Assembly: GCA_963796055.1 (NCBI GenBank)
Contig: CAWCKH010000004.1
Coordinates: forward strand, 1,056,001-1,120,000
Reading direction: 5' to 3'
Length of the DNA: 64,000 nucleotides
Source of the DNA: an uncultured delta proteobacterium
GTDB taxonomy: Bacteria; Myxococcota; Myxococcia; Myxococcales; Myxococcaceae
Of the stretch, positions 59,479 to 64,000 are shown piece after piece (the first letter of the stretch is position 1; each line of letters begins with the position of its first letter). A model generated the notes under the pieces. It was not told where the DNA came from. It did no database searches and saw nothing but the letters and a program-made list of their open reading frames with translations. The translations under genes were made by a program, and so were the position numbers.

Positions 59479-60741
59479 ATGCGCGAACACACCCGCATGC
59501 TGCTCGGGCTGGCCGTCGGCGCGGGACTGGGCCTGGTGGCCAGGGCCCTGGCCGGGGATGCACCGTGGCTGGCGTGGACCCTGGCCAACGTCACCGGTCC
59601 CATCGGCCAGGCCTTCCTCCGCCTTCTGTTCATGCTGGTGGTGCCGATGATCTTCTCGGCCCTGGTGATGGGGGTGGCCGACCTCGAGCTCCGGCACCTC
59701 GGCCGGCTCGGAGCGCGGGCGCTCGGCTACACCGTGGTCATCTCCACCATTGCGGTGCTGATCGGGATCGGCCTGGTGAACCTGTTCCGACCCGGCGAGG
59801 GCATGAGCGACGAGGTCCGGGCGCTGGCCCGCTCGAGCGTGGTCCCCAAGGCCGCGGTGGCCCCGAGCGACACCTCGGCGGCGTCGCTGCTGGTGTCCAT
59901 CATCCCGGACAACCCGGTGAAGGCGGCGGCCAGCGGCGACTATCTGGGGCTCATCTTCTTCGCCCTGGTGTTCGGCATCGCCCTGGGGCTGACCCGGGCG
60001 CCGGCCGCCGAGCGGCTCAAGGAGGTCATCGCCGGGCTGTACGAGGTCACCCTGGTGCTGATCAACGGAGTGTTGAAGGTCGCCCCGCTGGGCGTGGCCG
60101 CGCTGCTCTTCGGTCTGACTGCCCGGCTCGGGTTCGACGTCCTCCGCCAGCTCGCCGCCTACGTGGGGGTGGTGCTGCTCGGCCTCGCGCTGCACATGTT
60201 CGTGGTGTACTCGCTCTCGGTCCGCTTCTTCGGCGGCCGGAACCCGGTGCAGTTCTTCCGCGACGTGCGGATGGCGGCGATCACCGCCTTCTCCACCGCG
60301 TCGTCCAACGCCACCCTGCCCACCTCGCTCAAGGTCGCCGAGGAGGAGCTGCGGCTTCCACCCAACGTGGCCCGCTTCGTGCTCACCGCCGGCGCCTCGA
60401 TGAACCAGAACGGCACCGCGCTCTTCGAGGGCGTGACGGTCCTCTTCATCGCCCAGCTCTTCGGGGTTCATCTCAGCCTGGATCAGCAGATCGTGGTGAT
60501 GTTCATCTGCGTGCTCGGGGGGGTGGGCACCGCCGGGGTACCCGCCGGCTCGCTTCCGGTCATCGCGATGATCCTCGGGTTGTTCCACATCCCTCCCGAG
60601 GGTCTGGGGCTCATCCTCGGCGTCGACCGCCTGCTCGACATGTGCCGGACGACGCTCAACGTGGTGGGCGATCTCGCTGCTGCGGTCTACGTGGCCCGCG
60701 GCGAGCCGGTGGAGGAGGCCCCGGTGGCATCCACCTCCTGA
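59479..60741 (+). CDS. Dicarboxylate/amino acid:cation symporter (GltP-like)
   Basis: AFSTASSNATLP, MNQNGT and DRLLDMCRT motifs. Confidence 0.94.
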   Translation: MREHTRMLLGLAVGAGLGLVARALAGDAPWLAWTLANVTGPIGQAFLRLLFMLVVPMIFSALVMGVADLELRHLGRLGARALGYTVVISTIAVLIGIGLVNLFRPGEGMSDEVRALARSSVVPKAAVAPSDTSAASLLVSIIPDNPVKAAASGDYLGLIFFALVFGIALGLTRAPAAERLKEVIAGLYEVTLVLINGVLKVAPLGVAALLFGLTARLGFDVLRQLAAYVGVVLLGLALHMFVVYSLSVRFFGGRNPVQFFRDVRMAAITAFSTASSNATLPTSLKVAEEELRLPPNVARFVLTAGASMNQNGTALFEGVTVLFIAQLFGVHLSLDQQIVVMFICVLGGVGTAGVPAGSLPVIAMILGLFHIPPEGLGLILGVDRLLDMCRTTLNVVGDLAAAVYVARGEPVEEAPVASTS

Positions 60742-61376
60742 CCGCGGAGGAGGACCCACGCACAGCTGCCCATCCAGGCCACCGCCGCCAGCAGGGCGAA
60801 TCGCTGCATCGCGGGCACGGCCACCGGCAGCGGCGCCTCGCGGAAGGTGAGGTAGAGCCCCAGCTCGAGGGCTGCGAGCATCAGGGAGGCGGCGCCCAGC
60901 AGCGCCAGCACCGGGCGAGGGCGGAGCCCGCGCACCACCAGCGCCGCGGCCACGAAGCCCGGCCCCGCGCCAGAAAGCAGCGCCAGCGCGTGCGGCACCC
61001 CGCGGGTCACCGGCACCAGCAGCAGCCCGAGCGCGCCCAGCGTCCCGAGCACGCGCACCCGCCTCGCGGTGCGTCCCCCCACCAGCGCCGGGACCATCCA
61101 CCAGAAGAGGCACAGGGCGGCGATGAACGCCCACTCGGCCGCGCGACCCCAGGGCGCCCCCGGGTTGTGACGTCCGTTCACGGCCATGTCCCGGGCGATG
61201 TCGCAGAGGAAGTTGGCCCACAGCGAGTGGCCGGCGGCCTCCGGGTCCACCCAGTTCCCACCGGGGTACTGCGCCGCCCCGACCACCGTGGTCACCGCGC
61301 CCGCCACGAGCAGCGCCAGCAGCGCCGCCGCCAGGGCCGAGGTCCAGCCGCGCGGAGGCGTTGACGGAGCGGGCAT
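60687..61376 (-). CDS. Hypothetical membrane protein
   Basis: YPGG...NFLCD motif, about 6 TMs; 3' end overlaps the symporter. Confidence 0.7.
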   Translation of the reverse strand: MPAPSTPPRGWTSALAAALLALLVAGAVTTVVGAAQYPGGNWVDPEAAGHSLWANFLCDIARDMAVNGRHNPGAPWGRAAEWAFIAALCLFWWMVPALVGGRTARRVRVLGTLGALGLLLVPVTRGVPHALALLSGAGPGFVAAALVVRGLRPRPVLALLGAASLMLAALELGLYLTFREAPLPVAVPAMQRFALLAAVAWMGSCAWVLLRGQEVDATGASSTGSPRAT

Positions 61377-61470
61377 CTCCCCCAGTCCATCACGGGCGGA
61401 CCTGGAGGGGCTGTTTTCACCCCGAGGGGGAGTTCACCCTCAGTCAGCGCTGCCCCGCAGCCGCCTCGCC

Positions 61471-62003
61471 GACTGCGGCCGCCCTGACCTCGCCGACTGC
61501 AGCCGACCTGACGACACTCTAACCCGGACCTCGACTGCGGCCGCCCTGACCTCGCCGACTGCAGCCGACCTGACGACACTCTGACCCGACCTCGACTGCG
61601 GCCGCCCTGACCGAGCTGACTGCGGCCGCCCTGACCTCGCCGACTGCAGCCGACCTTACGACACTCTGACCCGGACCTCGACTGCGGCCGCCCTGACCGA
61701 GCTGACTGCGGCCGCCCTGACCTCGCCGACTGCAGCCGACCTGACGACACTCTGACCCGGACCTCGACTGCGGCCGCCCTGACCGAGCTGACTGCGGCCG
61801 CCCGGACCTCGCCGACTGCAGCCGACCTGACCGAGCTGACTGCGGCCGCCCTGACCTCGCCGACTGCAGCCGACCTGACGACACTCTGACCCGGACCTCG
61901 ACTGCGGCCGCCCTGACCGAGCTGACTGCGGCCGCCCGGACCTCGCCGACTGCAGCCGACCTGACGACACTCTGACCCGGACCTCGACTGCGGCCGCCCT
62001 GAC
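61471..62003 (-). repeat. Modular tandem repeat array: 19 x 18-nt cores with three fixed linkers (86-bp higher-order unit)
   Basis: Cores gactgcggccgccctgac and gactgcagccgacctgac; linkers ctcgcc, cgagct and gacactctgacccggacctc. Confidence 0.97.
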
Positions 62004-62768
62004 CTAGATGGCAGGCGCCGGGAGCTGGCCCGCCACCTCGAACTGCGCGCGGGGGAAGACCAGCCGGGTCCGCTCGAACCAGTCGAGCTTCTGCATCTCC
62101 ACCCGCTCGCGCGTGGCCACGCAGCGCCAGGTCTCCGGAGCGCGCGGGGTCTTCCGGGCCAGGGCGCGCGGGGTGAAGAGCGCCACGTTGGGTGCGCCGG
62201 CGAGGTCGCGGGCGCTGGGGTAGCGCACGAGCTCCACGCCGTCGGTCCGCATCTCGGCGCCGAGGCGCTGGGTGGCCTCGTATCGGCTCCTCGAGGCGAG
62301 GACCCGGTGGTGGGCCTCGAAGGGAGAGCGGGTCAGGTCCACCGCGGCGCGGGTGCGGACGTCGGCCCGGAACGCGCTCAGCTCCACCGTCAGCGGCGAG
62401 AGCACAGCCTGGGTCCCCTCCAGGAACAGCAGGCGGTAGTACGCGGTCTCGGCCATCGCCGTCTCCAGCGCCTCGCTGGCGTAGAACAGCGAGCGCTCGG
62501 CCCGGGTACCGAAGCGCGAACCGTGGGTCAGCGGCGGATGGCGGAAGGGCGTGAGGAGGAGGTAGTGCAACCCCTCGAACTCGGGACCCGCCGGCGCGGG
62601 CGGCTTCACCCGGTCGATCAGGGCCTCGAGGATCTCCTGCTCGGCATCCGAGTCGACCAGCCGCCGGGTGGCGTTCCGGTGCTGGGCCTCCACCACCCGC
62701 CACACAGGACCTTGGTAGGGGCGGAGGTTACGTTTTCCCCCGCACTGCATCCAGATACTCGTCGACAC
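62004..62768 (-). CDS. RES-domain toxin (NAD+ phosphorylase family)
   Basis: WRVVE, TPFR...GSRFG, AETAYYR and YPSARD supply the R, E and S residues. Confidence 0.92.
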   Translation of the reverse strand: MSTSIWMQCGGKRNLRPYQGPVWRVVEAQHRNATRRLVDSDAEQEILEALIDRVKPPAPAGPEFEGLHYLLLTPFRHPPLTHGSRFGTRAERSLFYASEALETAMAETAYYRLLFLEGTQAVLSPLTVELSAFRADVRTRAAVDLTRSPFEAHHRVLASRSRYEATQRLGAEMRTDGVELVRYPSARDLAGAPNVALFTPRALARKTPRAPETWRCVATRERVEMQKLDWFERTRLVFPRAQFEVAGQLPAPAI

Positions 62769-63111
62769 GCACCAGCCCCGCCACGCTCTGGATGCACTCT
62801 AGGGGCGCGGCTGACAGGTGCCCGTTCCGGGCGCGGAGCCAGGTCCGGGCCTTCTCCGCATCACCGCCCACCAGCGCGTCCAGGCTCCGGTAGAGCCGGA
62901 GGAAGAGCAGCGCCAGCTCGCCTTCCTTGCTGTCCGGGTCCACCGTGCGCTGCCCCGCGGCCAGCCTCGACCAGGAGGCCGCGCTCACCCCCACCACCCG
63001 GGCCATCGTCTGGCCGTTGAGGCCGAGGACCGATGCGGCGCGGATCAGCGCTCGGGAGAGCACCACCGCCGGGTCGGGCGCGGGAAGGGACGCTGAGGAA
63101 CGCCGGGCCAT
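62728..63111 (-). CDS. Xre/MbcA/ParS antitoxin (DUF2384)
   Basis: HTH (ARVVGVSAASWSR); RLYRSLDAL...WLRARN..L...P...YLDAVRG. Confidence 0.92.
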   Translation of the reverse strand: MARRSSASLPAPDPAVVLSRALIRAASVLGLNGQTMARVVGVSAASWSRLAAGQRTVDPDSKEGELALLFLRLYRSLDALVGGDAEKARTWLRARNGHLSAAPLECIQSVAGLVRVDEYLDAVRGKT

Positions 63112-63114
63112 CTC

Positions 63115-63154
63115 TTTCAGGTGAAATCTTAAGTCCAGATATATTCAGATGCAA
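63115..63154 (-). promoter_or_regulatory. Sigma70 promoter of the TA operon with a candidate operator
   Basis: TTGCAT (63154-63149)-N17-TAAGAT (63131-63126); inverted repeat TTTCA-CC-TGAAA at 63115-63126. Confidence 0.75.
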
Positions 63155-63163
63155 GCCAGGTCT

Positions 63164-64000
63164 TCAGACCGGCCGGAGCAGCCAGCCGCACCAGGTGCTA
63201 CCCAGCACCGCCACCTGTCCCGCCAGCACCCGGAGCAGGTAGGCGCGCGAGCCCGAGGTCGCCGCCAGCACCACCTTGGTGACCGCGTTGCTGCTGGTCG
63301 CGACCAGTACCGCGAGCGCGGCCGCTTCGGGCGGAACCGCCGACCGGGCAACCAGCGCTCCGGTCGACCCGGCGAAGGCGTGCGCGTCGGCCAGGCCGCT
63401 CACCGCCGCAGCGACCAGGAGCCCCGCGCCGCCGAACCGTCGCTGCACCACCGTGGCGACGAGAGAGACCAGGGTGACCAGCCCGGCGAAGAGAACGGCA
63501 TCTCCCAGGCGGAACGCCGCCCCCGAGCGCACCGGCGGCGCCTCCGTCCGGGCGGCATGGCGGGCGAACACCGCGGCGACGATCAGCGCGGTGAGCCCCC
63601 CGGCGGAGAGGGACACGGCGAGGGGGCGCAGCAGTGCGGTGCCCGAGGCCGCGAGCAGCAGCGCGAGCTGGACGAAGGTGGCGACCGAGGAAGCCGTCGC
63701 TCCGGACACCGCCGCGGCGAGCACCCGGGGCTCCCGCGAGGCAAGACGGCCCATGGCGGCGACGGTGGCGGCGCTGGAGACGAACCCCGAGACGAGCCCG
63801 GCGAGGGCGAGCCCCACCCGGGGACGGACTAGCTTCTGAGCCAGCGCGCCGGCGGCCCCGACGCCCATCATCACCACCACCAGCTTCCAGACGTCGAACG
63901 GGCTGATGGCCCCGAAAGGGTCCACCGGGCGATCCGGCAGCAGAGGAAGGATCAGCAGCGCCGACACCCCGAAGACCAGCGCGTTCTGCAGCTCGCGATC
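63164..64000 (-). CDS. MgtC/SapB family membrane protein with DUF4010 (5' partial)
   Basis: ILPLLPD, GFVSSAAT, SGLADAHA and SNAVTK motifs. Confidence 0.88.
   Translation of the reverse strand, partial: DRELQNALVFGVSALLILPLLPDRPVDPFGAISPFDVWKLVVVMMGVGAAGALAQKLVRPRVGLALAGLVSGFVSSAATVAAMGRLASREPRVLAAAVSGATASSVATFVQLALLLAASGTALLRPLAVSLSAGGLTALIVAAVFARHAARTEAPPVRSGAAFRLGDAVLFAGLVTLVSLVATVVQRRFGGAGLLVAAAVSGLADAHAFAGSTGALVARSAVPPEAAALAVLVATSSNAVTKVVLAATSGSRAYLLRVLAGQVAVLGSTWCGWLLRPV

Noticed and set aside
61292..61970. ORFs through the repeat array, or amber read-through of the RES toxin
   Set aside because: The unit is stop-free on the sense strand, but that is unremarkable at this GC content. 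The 86-bp period breaks frame, and point variants add stops at about 61519 and 61656.
61471..62003. CRISPR array
   Set aside because: The intervening sequences are three recurring 6-20 nt linkers rather than unique spacers, and there are no cas genes.

Overview
A very GC-rich, gene-dense chromosomal window that looks myxobacterial (Myxococcales-like). That assignment is inferred from a Myxococcales-type sigma-70 factor, a GYF/DUF4388/J/TPR protein, many TPR and Pro- or Gly-rich exported proteins and several stand-alone receivers. About 60 CDSs can be supported. They include acyl-CoA metabolism (biotin carboxylase, BCCP, methylmalonyl-CoA mutase large subunit), hydrolases and peptidases (S9, an M16 pair, penicillin acylase), transporters (OPT, His-tailed DMT, TonB receptor, ChrA, GltP-like, MscL), signalling (CheB/CheR fusion, PAS kinases, RegB/RegA-like, MocR) and an Xre/RES toxin-antitoxin pair. 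I saw no rRNA, tRNA, CRISPR array or transposase. Highlights: (1) A modular repeat family (18-nt cores plus 3 fixed linkers) occurs twice, about 52 kb apart; each array starts at the first base after a TAG stop codon, in the sense orientation, and the larger 19-core array follows the RES toxin. (2) A His/Cys-rich leader ORF ending APKQSPP lies ahead of a TonB receptor, resembling the CruR/CutF metal-sensing arrest peptides but with a non-RAPP tail. (3) A second REP-like 17-mer, followed by 14-bp tandem duplications, occurs twice, once at a gene truncation point. (4) There are several gene remnants: an internally deleted asparaginase, CheB and MBL fragments, and a doubly frameshifted hybrid kinase. 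All calls come from motif recognition by eye; no database searches were run.
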